From an uncultured Ruminococcus sp. (GTDB lineage Bacteria > Bacillota > Clostridia > Oscillospirales > CAG-272), in contig CAZBQN010000001.1 in the NCBI GenBank assembly GCA_964494135.1, forward strand, positions 78,412 through 142,411: 64,000 nt of DNA, given 5' to 3'. The position numbers and the translations under genes are program-made. Position 1 is the first letter of the stretch. Each line of letters starts with the position of its first letter. The notes below the pieces were generated by a model, which did no database searches, was not told where the DNA came from, and worked only from the letters and a program-made list of their open reading frames with translations. Below, piece by piece: positions 10,039-18,944 of this stretch.

Positions 10039-10272
10039 ATGAATATAAACGATGCAATAATTAAAAGGATTGAGGAAATCTGCAAGGAAAAGAATATAAA
10101 CGTATGCGAGGCAGCATTAAACGGCGGAAAATCGCCATCTGCAATTTATGACTTGATAAAGGGCAGAACGAAATGCTCCAAGGTGTCAACGATTAAAGCC
10201 TTTTGTCAAGGAGCAGGTATAACCTTATCCGAGTTTTTTGACAAAGAATACTTTAATGATTTTGAAGAATAG
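10039..10272 (+). CDS. Small XRE-family HTH protein
   Basis: 77 aa with an HTH_3-like core (SPSAIYDLIKGRTKCSKVSTIKAFCQGAGITLSEFF). AT-rich codon usage. Confidence 0.65.
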   Translation: MNINDAIIKRIEEICKEKNINVCEAALNGGKSPSAIYDLIKGRTKCSKVSTIKAFCQGAGITLSEFFDKEYFNDFEE

Positions 10273-10284
10273 GCATTAAATAAA

Positions 10285-10327
10285 GGGCTGAATCAAAAGC
10301 TTTTTCAGGAAGCAATTGACTCAGCCC
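10285..10327. terminator. Bidirectional terminator (end of the hydrogenase operon / XRE gene)
   Basis: 12-bp stem GGGCTGAATCAA / TTGACTCAGCCC (1 mismatch), flanked by A/T runs. Confidence 0.55.
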
Positions 10328-10379
10328 CGTTATTTTTATTCCTTAAATTATAAACCTCGTCGGATTCGGCTTTCAAGGC

Positions 10380-11807
10380 TTACTTCAGCACCGAAACCGC
10401 GTCGGAAATGGTCTTTTCGTATGCTTCTCTGCCGTACTTATCGACCTCGGCTTTGTTCTTCTCGCCGTGGGTCAGACAGCCGGCTCCTCCGATACAGCCG
10501 CCGATGCACGCCATGCCCTCGATGAAGTTGGCGTCAAGGACGTTCTTGCTCGCCTTGAGCAATGCCATTCTGCACGCCTCGATACCGTCGCAGACCGCGG
10601 GCTTTATCTCGAAGTCGATATTCTGCTCCTTCATAGCTTGAGCAGCCGCGTCGGTAAGACCGCCGGAGCGGGCGAAAATTCTGCCGAAGTAGGATGCGTT
10701 GTCAAGCACGTCCTCTTCAAGGGTGGTAATCTCAATATCCTTGCTGTCGTACAGAGCCTGAAGCTCCTCGAAGGTCAAAACGGCGTCAACGTAGGGCTTA
10801 ACCGTATCAAGCTGAACCTCTGCCTTTTTTGCGGTACACGGACCGATAAAGACTACCTTAGAGTCGGGGTCAATCTCCTTGACGTACTTCGCCAGAGTTG
10901 CCATGGGCGAGAGGTTGTGAGAAATCTTATCCTGCATATCCGGGAACGCGGTCCTGATATAACGGACGAAGGCGGGACAGCAGGAGCTGGTAAGGAAGCC
11001 CTTTTCCGCAAGCTCCTTTGCCTCGGCGAGCGCAACCATATCCGCGCCCAGAGCCGCCTCGATAACCGTATAGAAGCCCAGCTGTTTCAGACCGGTGATA
11101 ACCTGCCCCAGCTTCGCATAATTGAACTGGCTGGCAATAGAGGGAGCAACGACGGCGTAAACCTTGTAGTTCTCTCCGCCCCCGCTCTTTTTGAGCATAT
11201 CAATTACGCTTAGTATGAAGGATTTATCGGAAATTGCGCCGAAGGGGCACTGGTAAACGCAGGCACCGCACTGAATGCACTTGGAGTTGTCGATAGTTGC
11301 CGCCTTGTCCTCGTTCATAGAGATAGCCTTTACCTTGCAGGCGTTCTGGCAGGGACGCTTACGGCTGACGATGGCGGTATAGGGACAAACCTTGGCACAA
11401 GCTCCGCACTCAACGCACTTTGATTTATCTATATGAGCCACGTGGTTAGAGTCGAAGGAGAGAGCGCCTCTCTTGCACACGTCCTCGCAACGGTGGGCAA
11501 GACATCCGCGGCAGGCGTTGGTAACCTCATAGCCGCCGACGGGACATTCGTCACAGGCAATCTCGATAACCTCGATTATATTGGGATTATTCTCGTCTCC
11601 GCCCATGGCTATTTTTACTCGCTCGCCGAGAATAGCGCGCTCCTTGTATACACAGCAGCGCATGGTAGGCTGTTTGCCGGGGACTATCATCTTCGGCACG
11701 TCCATAATATTTTCAAGCAGGGTATCGTTCCAGGCAAGGCGTGCTACCTCCCTGAGGACCTTATACTTCAAATGCTGTACCTTAGTGTCAAACTTACGCA
11801 ATTTCAT
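10380..11807 (-). CDS. [FeFe] hydrogenase, group-B-like catalytic enzyme
   Basis: 475 aa with multiple 4Fe-4S ferredoxin motifs (CVECGACAKVCP, CIQCGACVYQCP). H-cluster motifs are present: TSSCCPAF, IGPCTAKK, MACIGGCIGG. Confidence 0.85.
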   Translation of the reverse strand: MKLRKFDTKVQHLKYKVLREVARLAWNDTLLENIMDVPKMIVPGKQPTMRCCVYKERAILGERVKIAMGGDENNPNIIEVIEIACDECPVGGYEVTNACRGCLAHRCEDVCKRGALSFDSNHVAHIDKSKCVECGACAKVCPYTAIVSRKRPCQNACKVKAISMNEDKAATIDNSKCIQCGACVYQCPFGAISDKSFILSVIDMLKKSGGGENYKVYAVVAPSIASQFNYAKLGQVITGLKQLGFYTVIEAALGADMVALAEAKELAEKGFLTSSCCPAFVRYIRTAFPDMQDKISHNLSPMATLAKYVKEIDPDSKVVFIGPCTAKKAEVQLDTVKPYVDAVLTFEELQALYDSKDIEITTLEEDVLDNASYFGRIFARSGGLTDAAAQAMKEQNIDFEIKPAVCDGIEACRMALLKASKNVLDANFIEGMACIGGCIGGAGCLTHGEKNKAEVDKYGREAYEKTISDAVSVLK

Positions 11808-11821
11808 ATCTTTACAGCTCC

Positions 11822-12994
11822 TTAAAAATAACTGACCTTAATTCTCTTGCCCATCTTCTTAAGACAAGCGGAAAGCTCCTCGACCAAATTCATTTTTATA
11901 CTGAAATTTATGGGCAGGTCGGGATTCTGGTGAGCAGGGTTAATTGCTCTGCCCACGTAAAAGTTTATATCCGTCGCTTCCTCAAACAGCAGTCGGCTGA
12001 TAAGAGAAGCACCGTCCTTCTTGAAATTCCAATGCTCGTAAAGCTGGTTATCTCCGAGATAATCCTTGGCGTACTCAAGCACTCGGTTTACCGTGATAAC
12101 CCCCTCCGTTACAAGGTCCACGCCTTCAATCTCGGCAATGGGAGGAATATCCGAGCGTTCGAAATTCAGCGAAGCGCGCAAAGGCTTCCCGAGATATTTC
12201 GCGGCAATGGACGAAGTAGTGCCGCCGCAGATAATATGCTTGCCCTCCTTTGAGAAGAACAGCGACATCATACGGTTGCAGTCGTCCCTGTTGGACGGAG
12301 GACCGAAAAGCAGGTTCATCGGCTCGCGCTTGCGAATTTTGACGACGCAGGCGGTGGTGTCGTCGCCCGGCTTCTCACCGTAGAGCTTGTTGCACTCATC
12401 CACCAGCATGGTCGACAGGTTTTTCGCGGTATAGCCGCCTGCCGCCAGAGCCTCCATAAAGCCGATAATATCCTCGCGTTTCCAACCGAAGTTGTACTTT
12501 CCTCCGAGGCCCGCATGGGGACAGCCGTCGCTCATGGCGATAAAGACATCGCCCTCCTTGAGCTTCAAGGAGGTCTTGTAAATCTTCTTGCCCCCTATGT
12601 TCATCTCGGTCTTCGGGTAATCGTAATTCGCGTCGTCTCTCAGTACGATTACGTGAGGGTTGTCGTACTGGATTATATTCGCCGTTTCGTTATTGAGCAG
12701 ATGTATAATCGTAAAGGTGGAATACGCCACGCCTCTGACCGAGCATACCGGCAGGGTGGCGGCAATGGTGGAAACGCACTCCTCGATAGGCAGTCCCGCC
12801 GCCATCATCGTAGATATAATCTTTGAGGTAAGCGTGGAGAGTATGCTCGCCTTAACGCCGCTTCCGAGGCCGTCCGCAAGTACGATAACAGTTGAGTTCT
12901 CGTTCTCCTCGACGATGTCCACGTGGTCGCCGCAAAGCTCCTCGCCTACGTGATTTATGCTCTTATATCCTATCTCGGCACACAGATCATTCAT
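11822..12994 (-). CDS. PP2C/SpoIIE-family serine phosphatase
   Basis: 390 aa with GDHVDIVE...VLADGLGSGVKAS...MSDG...DDTT, characteristic of SpoIIE-type PP2C. Its start overlaps the upstream hydS-like stop by 8 nt. Confidence 0.85.
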   Translation of the reverse strand: MNDLCAEIGYKSINHVGEELCGDHVDIVEENENSTVIVLADGLGSGVKASILSTLTSKIISTMMAAGLPIEECVSTIAATLPVCSVRGVAYSTFTIIHLLNNETANIIQYDNPHVIVLRDDANYDYPKTEMNIGGKKIYKTSLKLKEGDVFIAMSDGCPHAGLGGKYNFGWKREDIIGFMEALAAGGYTAKNLSTMLVDECNKLYGEKPGDDTTACVVKIRKREPMNLLFGPPSNRDDCNRMMSLFFSKEGKHIICGGTTSSIAAKYLGKPLRASLNFERSDIPPIAEIEGVDLVTEGVITVNRVLEYAKDYLGDNQLYEHWNFKKDGASLISRLLFEEATDINFYVGRAINPAHQNPDLPINFSIKMNLVEELSACLKKMGKRIKVSYF

Positions 12995-14663
12995 CGCTGA
13001 TAGACTCCTTCAGCTTGGTCAGAGCTATCTTGGTTTCAGCCGCGGTCTCGCCGAGCAGGGACGCAATCTCCTGAACGATACGCATCTGCTTCTCAACGAC
13101 CTTGTCTGCAACCTCTACGGTCTGTCTGCTGATATTCTCCTTCTTCTCCCGCTCGGTCTCCTCGTCGGTGACGTCGCGCAGAATACCGATAAGCATACGT
13201 GAATCATGGTCGTAAACTACCGTCTGCTCAACGTAGCGCTTGTATTCGGCAAGATATACCTTCTGATCTCTGACGCTTCTGCCCGTACGCTTTACCGTCA
13301 TAAATACCTCGGGGTCAAGAATACGGACGACCGGCTCGCCCAGCACGTCGGAGGCGGAACGGATGTTCATAATCTTTCTTGCGGAGTTGTTTATCTGCTG
13401 TACCTCAAGATTATCGTTGAGAACGATAAGCCCGTTGGGCGTATTCTCCACTATGGTGTCGGAGAAGCTCTCCGCCTTGTCCTTAAGGTGAGGCAGGCAC
13501 ATGGAAATCTCCGCCTTGCCCTGACAGACGGCTATCGCCTTCTCACGGCAGGAATTGTATCCGCAGGAGCCGCAGTTAAGCTCATCCGAGGGCTTGAATT
13601 TACCCATCTGGCGGAGCACGGCTGCAATCTCGCTGTCCGAGGGTGTCGCCAGCTTATGCTCTATGTAGCTGAACTGCTTTCTTACATCCTCCGGCTTCGG
13701 CTGCTCTACGTCGAAGTCCTCTTTGCCCGCATAACCCGACACGGTCATATACCCCTTTACGGGAGAGAGGCGGTTTTTCTCCATAATAGGACCGCCGATA
13801 CAGCTGCCCGTGCAGGCGGACATCTCGATAAAGCACTTATGAATTTTGCCCGACTCTATGTCCTTGAGAGCGGCGATGCAATTCTCAACGCCGTCAAGCG
13901 CAAGGTAGGTATATCCCGGGGCGTTCTGAGCCATGGTCTTCAATATGCCGCCGGTGGTCGGGAACAGGCGGGCGCGGCTCTTTTCCAGTGAGCCCATCTC
14001 GTCCCTCAGGGTAATCCCCTCTTTTTCCAGCCAACACGTCAGCTCGTCAAAGGTGAGGACGGCGTCGGTAATACCCTCGTAGTACTCAGCTTCATCCTTC
14101 TTTGCAACGCAGGGGCCGATGAATACCGTCTTGGCGTTCGGGATGCGCTCCTTGATATTTTTGCAGTGAGCCTGCATCGGCGACAAAACGTCAGCCAGAT
14201 ATTCCAGCTCTCTCGGAAAATACTTCTGTATAAGAAGATTTATTGAGTGACAGCAGGAGGAGATAACTATATCTCTGCCCACATCCTCCCTGAGCATGCG
14301 CTCGTACTCGGTCTTGACGATAGACGCGCCGATCGCCGTTTCCTCAACGTCGAAGAAGCCCAGCTTTTTTAGTCCCTCGCGCATAGACTCGATGCCGACG
14401 CCGTAGTTGGCAACGAAGGACGGGGCAAGGCTGACGACTACCGGGTCGCCGCTCTGCAAAAATACGCGTACCTTCTCGGTTTCGTCTACAATCTCCTTTG
14501 CGTTCTGAGGACATACGACGAAGCAGTTACCGCAGAGTATGCACTCATTACCTATGATGTGTGCCTGGTTACCCGAGAAGCGAATGGCTTTGACCGGGCA
14601 ATGGCGGATGCATTTGTAACAGTTCTTACAGTTTGATTTCTTTAAAGTAAGACAGTCTGGCAC
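12987..14663 (-). CDS. Sensory [FeFe] hydrogenase-like protein with a C-terminal PAS domain (HydS/HfsB type)
   Basis: 558 aa. It has an N-terminal 2x[4Fe-4S] domain and an H-cluster domain (SSCCHS, IGPCVAKK, MSACTGSCIGGP). An extra Cys4 motif (CGSCGYNSCREKA...C) and a PAS-like region follow. Confidence 0.8.
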   Translation of the reverse strand: MPDCLTLKKSNCKNCYKCIRHCPVKAIRFSGNQAHIIGNECILCGNCFVVCPQNAKEIVDETEKVRVFLQSGDPVVVSLAPSFVANYGVGIESMREGLKKLGFFDVEETAIGASIVKTEYERMLREDVGRDIVISSCCHSINLLIQKYFPRELEYLADVLSPMQAHCKNIKERIPNAKTVFIGPCVAKKDEAEYYEGITDAVLTFDELTCWLEKEGITLRDEMGSLEKSRARLFPTTGGILKTMAQNAPGYTYLALDGVENCIAALKDIESGKIHKCFIEMSACTGSCIGGPIMEKNRLSPVKGYMTVSGYAGKEDFDVEQPKPEDVRKQFSYIEHKLATPSDSEIAAVLRQMGKFKPSDELNCGSCGYNSCREKAIAVCQGKAEISMCLPHLKDKAESFSDTIVENTPNGLIVLNDNLEVQQINNSARKIMNIRSASDVLGEPVVRILDPEVFMTVKRTGRSVRDQKVYLAEYKRYVEQTVVYDHDSRMLIGILRDVTDEETEREKKENISRQTVEVADKVVEKQMRIVQEIASLLGETAAETKIALTKLKESISDE

Positions 14664-14667
14664 GGGC

Positions 14668-14931
14668 TCACTCCCTTTCTTTCAGAATAGGCTCAAGAAT
14701 ATTTTTGTTGAAAAATTCGTAAAAGTTGTCACGGGTAATACCCACGTGAACGTCATCGTTCACCTGTATCGTGACGCCGATGCGGTTGCACCTGCCGGTA
14801 CAGAAGCTGCCGGTAAGCACAACGTCGTCCTCCAGATGATGCTCTGCAATCGCCTTCTCCATCAGCTCCACCAGCTCCCCTGAACCCTTTATGTAACAGG
14901 AGCTGCCTATGCATATCTGAACTATGAGCAT
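14668..14931 (-). CDS. Thioredoxin-like [2Fe-2S] ferredoxin (NuoE/HndA C-terminal type)
   Basis: The internal start gives MLIVQICIGSSCYIKGS...GSFCTGRCN with four Cys. It is a paralog of the upstream gene. Confidence 0.7.
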   Translation of the reverse strand: MLIVQICIGSSCYIKGSGELVELMEKAIAEHHLEDDVVLTGSFCTGRCNRIGVTIQVNDDVHVGITRDNFYEFFNKNILEPILKERE

Positions 14932-14935
14932 TATA

Positions 14936-15175
14936 TTATACCTTAGCGAGAATTTCGCTGTTGAAGAAATCGGCAACGCTCTCCGGTGTCACCGAATGGA
15001 AGGCGTCGTCAACCGTGACGCAAACGCCCTTCTGGCACTGACCCATGCAGAAGGTACCGCCCAGCTCAACCTTGTCACTAAGCTTGTTCTCGGAAATGAG
15101 ATACTGGAGCTGTTCAACTACCTGACGGGAGCCCTTGATGTGGCAGGAGCTGCCTATACATACCGTAACTTTCAT
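14936..15175 (-). CDS. Thioredoxin-like [2Fe-2S] ferredoxin
   Basis: 79 aa: MKVTVCIGSSCHIKGS...GTFCMGQCQ, the same Cys pattern as its neighbour. Confidence 0.7.
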   Translation of the reverse strand: MKVTVCIGSSCHIKGSRQVVEQLQYLISENKLSDKVELGGTFCMGQCQKGVCVTVDDAFHSVTPESVADFFNSEILAKV

Positions 15176-15196
15176 TTTGATTTCCTCCGGTTTTAG

Positions 15197-15946
15197 TTAT
15201 TCATAGTCAACTACGCTGACCCAGCTCATAAGGAACTCGCGCTCCTTCTCATTGCCCTTTACCGACTGGGAAGCGGCAACGATGGGCATCCACTTCTGTA
15301 CGTACTGCTTTGCGGTATTGCTCTTCTTGCAGAATATATCAAGATAGGTCTTTGCGCCTTCGATGTCGCCATTAAGCCAGAACAGAAGGTAGGTACGCGC
15401 AACGTCTGCGGAGGCGTTACCCTGAGTTGCGTGCGCCCAGTCGATGATGTAGGGCGTGCCGTCCTCGGTGATGATGATATTTGAGGGGTTGAAGTCGCCG
15501 TGGCAAACCTTGGTATGCTTGGGCATGCCCTCAAGACGGGTGTGCAAGTCGTATCTGGTGGTTGCGTCAAACTGAGTCTGGCTGATCTTTCTGTTCATCT
15601 TGTCCTTGAGCTTGTTCAGCATGGGGCAGGTCTTTGCGTGAACGGACATCTGAATGTCAACAAGCTGTTCGATGTACTTATCCTTATTGTCGGGGTCCTC
15701 TGCCATAATCTGAGAGAGAGTCTTGCCCTTTATGTACTCGGAAACTATTGCCCACTTGCCGTCTACCATGGTTACTTCAAGAACCTTGGGAATATTAAGA
15801 CCCGTTTCCTCAATTCTCGCCTGGTTGAGTGCCTCGTTAAGCACGTCAGCCTTGGAATACTCGGAATTGAACACCTTAACGCATCTGTCGCCGTCGCGGT
15901 ATACGGTCTTGTTGTTTCTCACTGCTATAACTTTATCCAGTTTCAT
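15197..15946 (-). CDS. APH/ChoK-fold protein kinase-like phosphotransferase
   Basis: 249 aa with a catalytic loop HGDFNPSNIII and the Mg-binding motif IDW, as in aminoglycoside/Ser-Thr kinase-fold enzymes. Confidence 0.7.
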   Translation of the reverse strand: MKLDKVIAVRNNKTVYRDGDRCVKVFNSEYSKADVLNEALNQARIEETGLNIPKVLEVTMVDGKWAIVSEYIKGKTLSQIMAEDPDNKDKYIEQLVDIQMSVHAKTCPMLNKLKDKMNRKISQTQFDATTRYDLHTRLEGMPKHTKVCHGDFNPSNIIITEDGTPYIIDWAHATQGNASADVARTYLLFWLNGDIEGAKTYLDIFCKKSNTAKQYVQKWMPIVAASQSVKGNEKEREFLMSWVSVVDYE

Positions 15947-15970
15947 ATCCTTAACTCCTTTCGGTTATTC

Positions 15971-18670
15971 TTATGCTTTTCTGCCCTTACGGTAGGGAGT
16001 CTTTACGGCATCGGGCTGTACGCTGTCAAAGCCGGTCACGGGCATCTCTGCCTCGGTGAAGTGCTTATCGCCGTAGTAAGCGTTGAGATACATTTGCTTG
16101 ATTTCGCTCATGAGAGGATATCTGGGGTTAGCGCCGGTGCACTGGTCGTCGAACGCCTGCTCGGTCATCTCGTCAAGTCTGTCAAGGAAGACCTTTTCGT
16201 CAATGTTGTACTCCTTGATGGACTTCTTGATGCCTACTCGCGCCTTAAGGTCGTTGACCGCCTTGATAAGCCCCTCCAGCTTGTCGCTGTCACTCTCGCC
16301 CTTGATGCCGAGGTAATCGGCAACCTCCGCGTAGCGGGCAAGGGTGTGAGGATGGTCGTACTGAGAGAATGTGCCCATCTTTGCGGGAGCCTCAGCGGCG
16401 TTAAAGCGGAGAACCTCCTCGATCATCAGCGCGTTTGCAACGCCGTGAGGAAGGTGATGGAAGGCGCCCAGCTTGTGAGCCATGGAGTGGCATACGCCGA
16501 GGAACGCGTTTGCGAACGCCATACCTGCCATGGTAGCGGCGTTAGCCATCTTCTCACGGGCAACCACGTCCGTCTGACCGTTGTCGTAGGCTCTCGGCAG
16601 ATACTCGAAGATAGTCTTCAGAGCGCGGAGGGCAAGACCGTCGGTGTAGTCGGTAGCCATAACCGATGCGTAAGCTTCAAGCGCGTGAGTTACGGCGTCG
16701 ATACCGGATGCGGCTGTAAGTCCCTTGGGAGCCGACATGTGGAAGTCGGTATCGATGATTGCCATATTGGGAAGCAGCTCGTAGTCCGCAAGAGGATACT
16801 TGACACCGGTCTTCTCGTCGGTGATAACCGCGAAGGGAGTAACCTCGGAGCCGGTACCTGCGGAGGTGGGAATTGCGATGAAGTAAGCCTTCTCTCCCAT
16901 CTTGGGGAAGGTGTATATTCTCTTACGGATATCGACAAATCTCATTGCCATATCCATAAAGTCTGCTTCGGGATGCTCGTAGAGTACCCACATAATCTTT
17001 CCCGCGTCCATAGCAGAGCCGCCGCCCAGGGCGATAATCGTGTCGGGTTCGAAGCTTCTCATCTGCTTAGCGCCCTCGGTCGCGTTTGCAAGAGTGGGGT
17101 CGGGCTGAACGTTGTAGAACGTGGTGTGCTGGATACCCATCTCGTCAAGCTTGTCGGTAATGGGCTTCGTATAACCGTTCTGGTAAAGGAAGGTATCGGT
17201 TACGATAAACGCCTTCTTTGCGCCTCTTACGGACTTAAGCTCGTCAAGGGCAACGGGCAGACAGCCCTTCTTTATGTAAACCTTCTCGGGTGTTCTGAAC
17301 CAAAGCATATTTTCTCTCCTCTCTGCCACGGTCTTGATATTCAACAGGTGCTTTACACCTACGTTCTCGGATACGCTGTTTCCGCCCCAGGAGCCGCAGC
17401 CCAGAGTAAGAGAGGGAGCGAGCTTGAAGTTGTACAGGTCGCCGATACCGCCGTGCGCGGAGGGAGTATTTACGAGAATACGGCAGGTCTTCATACGGGC
17501 GGCAAACTTAGCCAGCTTCTCACCCTCGGTAACCTCGTTGAGATATACGGAGGAGGTGTGGCCGTAGCCGCCGTCTGCTACGAGGACGTCAGCCTTGTCA
17601 AGAGCGTCGTCAAAGCTCTTTGCCTTGTACATCGCAAGAACGGGCGAGAGCTTCTCGTGAGCGAACTCCTCGGACAGGTCTACGCTCTCAACCTCGCCGA
17701 TGAGTATCTTCGTGCCTGCGGGAACGGTAACGCCTGCCAGCTCGGCAATTCTTGCCGCTCTCTGACCTACTATCCTTGCGTTGAGCGCGCCGTTTATGAT
17801 AATGGTCTTGCGCACCTTCTCGGTCTCCTCGGGGGTGAGGAAGTAACAGCCCCGTGCGGCAAACTCGTCCTTAACCGCGTCGTAGATATTTTCCATAACG
17901 ATAACCGACTGCTCGGATGCGCAGATCATACCGTTGTCGAAGGTCTTGGAGTGAATGATGGAGCTGACCGCGAGAAGAATGTCAGCGGTGTCATCTATAA
18001 TTGCGGGAGTATTTCCTGCGCCGACGCCCAGAGCCGGCTTACCGCTGGAGTATGCCGCCTTAACCATGCCGGGACCGCCGGTGGCAAGGATGATGTCAGC
18101 CTCCTTCATTACGGTGTTGGTAAGCTCGAGAGAGGGTACGTCTATCCAGTCGATAATTCCCTCGGGCGCGCCTGCCGCAACCGCCGCTTCAAGCACCAGC
18201 TTTGCCGCCGCGATGGTAGAGCCCTTTGCTCTGGGGTGAGGGCTGATGATTATGGCGTTACGGGTCTTCAGAGCCAGAAGGCACTTGAAGATTGCGGTAG
18301 AGGTGGGGTTGGTGGTGGGGATTACCGCGGCGACTACGCCGATAGGCTCGGCGATCTTCTTGATGCCGTAAGCCTTATCCTCCTCAATAACACCGCAGGT
18401 CTTGGTGTTCTTATACGCGTTGTAGATGTACTCCGCGGCGTAGTGGTTCTTGATGACCTTGTCCTCTACGATGCCCATGCCGGTTTCTTCAACGGCGAGC
18501 TTTGCAAGAGAAATTCTGGCTTTGTCCGCGGCAGACGCGGCGGCAAGGAATATCCTGTCTACCTGCTCCTGGGTGTAGGTCGCGTACTTCTTCTGCGCGG
18601 CTCTGGTGCGAGCCAAAGCCTCCTCAAGCTTCTCAACAGAATCAACGATTTCATAATTCCGGGGTTTCAT
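15971..18670 (-). CDS. adhE: Bifunctional acetaldehyde-CoA / alcohol dehydrogenase
   Basis: 899 aa, made of an N-terminal ALDH domain plus a C-terminal Fe-ADH domain (GGGSAMDAGK, histidine-rich metal site). Typical AdhE length. Confidence 0.97.
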   Translation of the reverse strand: MKPRNYEIVDSVEKLEEALARTRAAQKKYATYTQEQVDRIFLAAASAADKARISLAKLAVEETGMGIVEDKVIKNHYAAEYIYNAYKNTKTCGVIEEDKAYGIKKIAEPIGVVAAVIPTTNPTSTAIFKCLLALKTRNAIIISPHPRAKGSTIAAAKLVLEAAVAAGAPEGIIDWIDVPSLELTNTVMKEADIILATGGPGMVKAAYSSGKPALGVGAGNTPAIIDDTADILLAVSSIIHSKTFDNGMICASEQSVIVMENIYDAVKDEFAARGCYFLTPEETEKVRKTIIINGALNARIVGQRAARIAELAGVTVPAGTKILIGEVESVDLSEEFAHEKLSPVLAMYKAKSFDDALDKADVLVADGGYGHTSSVYLNEVTEGEKLAKFAARMKTCRILVNTPSAHGGIGDLYNFKLAPSLTLGCGSWGGNSVSENVGVKHLLNIKTVAERRENMLWFRTPEKVYIKKGCLPVALDELKSVRGAKKAFIVTDTFLYQNGYTKPITDKLDEMGIQHTTFYNVQPDPTLANATEGAKQMRSFEPDTIIALGGGSAMDAGKIMWVLYEHPEADFMDMAMRFVDIRKRIYTFPKMGEKAYFIAIPTSAGTGSEVTPFAVITDEKTGVKYPLADYELLPNMAIIDTDFHMSAPKGLTAASGIDAVTHALEAYASVMATDYTDGLALRALKTIFEYLPRAYDNGQTDVVAREKMANAATMAGMAFANAFLGVCHSMAHKLGAFHHLPHGVANALMIEEVLRFNAAEAPAKMGTFSQYDHPHTLARYAEVADYLGIKGESDSDKLEGLIKAVNDLKARVGIKKSIKEYNIDEKVFLDRLDEMTEQAFDDQCTGANPRYPLMSEIKQMYLNAYYGDKHFTEAEMPVTGFDSVQPDAVKTPYRKGRKA

Positions 18671-18728
18671 TGTATGTCCTCCTGATATATATTTATCGAT
18701 TTAGAGTTTTAACCCTCATTTCTGAAGT

Positions 18729-18746
18729 TCGTTAATATTTTAACAT
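18729..18746. promoter_or_regulatory. Rex-type operator candidate
   Basis: TCGTTAATATTTTAACAT against the clostridial Rex consensus TTGTTAA-N4-TTAACAA matches 12 of 14 specified positions. It overlaps the predicted adhE -10 element. Confidence 0.45.
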
Positions 18747-18765
18747 ACTTGTTTTTTCTTGTGAA
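18737..18765 (-). promoter_or_regulatory. Putative adhE promoter
   Basis: On the minus strand: TTCACA (18765-18760), 17 nt, TGtTAAAAT (extended -10, 18742-18737). Confidence 0.4.
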
Positions 18766-18944
18766 TAACTAAAATGTTATATGGGTGTTATCCTTTTCGA
18801 TATACCGCGCGCAGGTCGCGCGCGCTTTAATAAAGCGATGCCGATAGCTCCCCTGTCAGTCGGGCATCTATACCGATTGTCGGGCGCGGCTCAGACAGAC
18901 GGTTACAAGTGCTTTGCATTGAATTTTACATCGGTCGGGCGCGG

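Noticed and set aside
15500-18685. 1061-aa ORF on the plus strand
   Set aside because: It lies entirely antisense to adhE. Its composition is low-complexity (Gly/Val/Leu/Arg-rich), and it has no RBS or recognisable domains. This is a typical shadow ORF of a GC-rich, codon-biased gene.
18759-18776. Second Rex-like half-site, TTGTGAATAACTAAAATG
   Set aside because: Only the left half matches the TTGTGAA-N4-TTCACAA consensus. The right half is unrelated.
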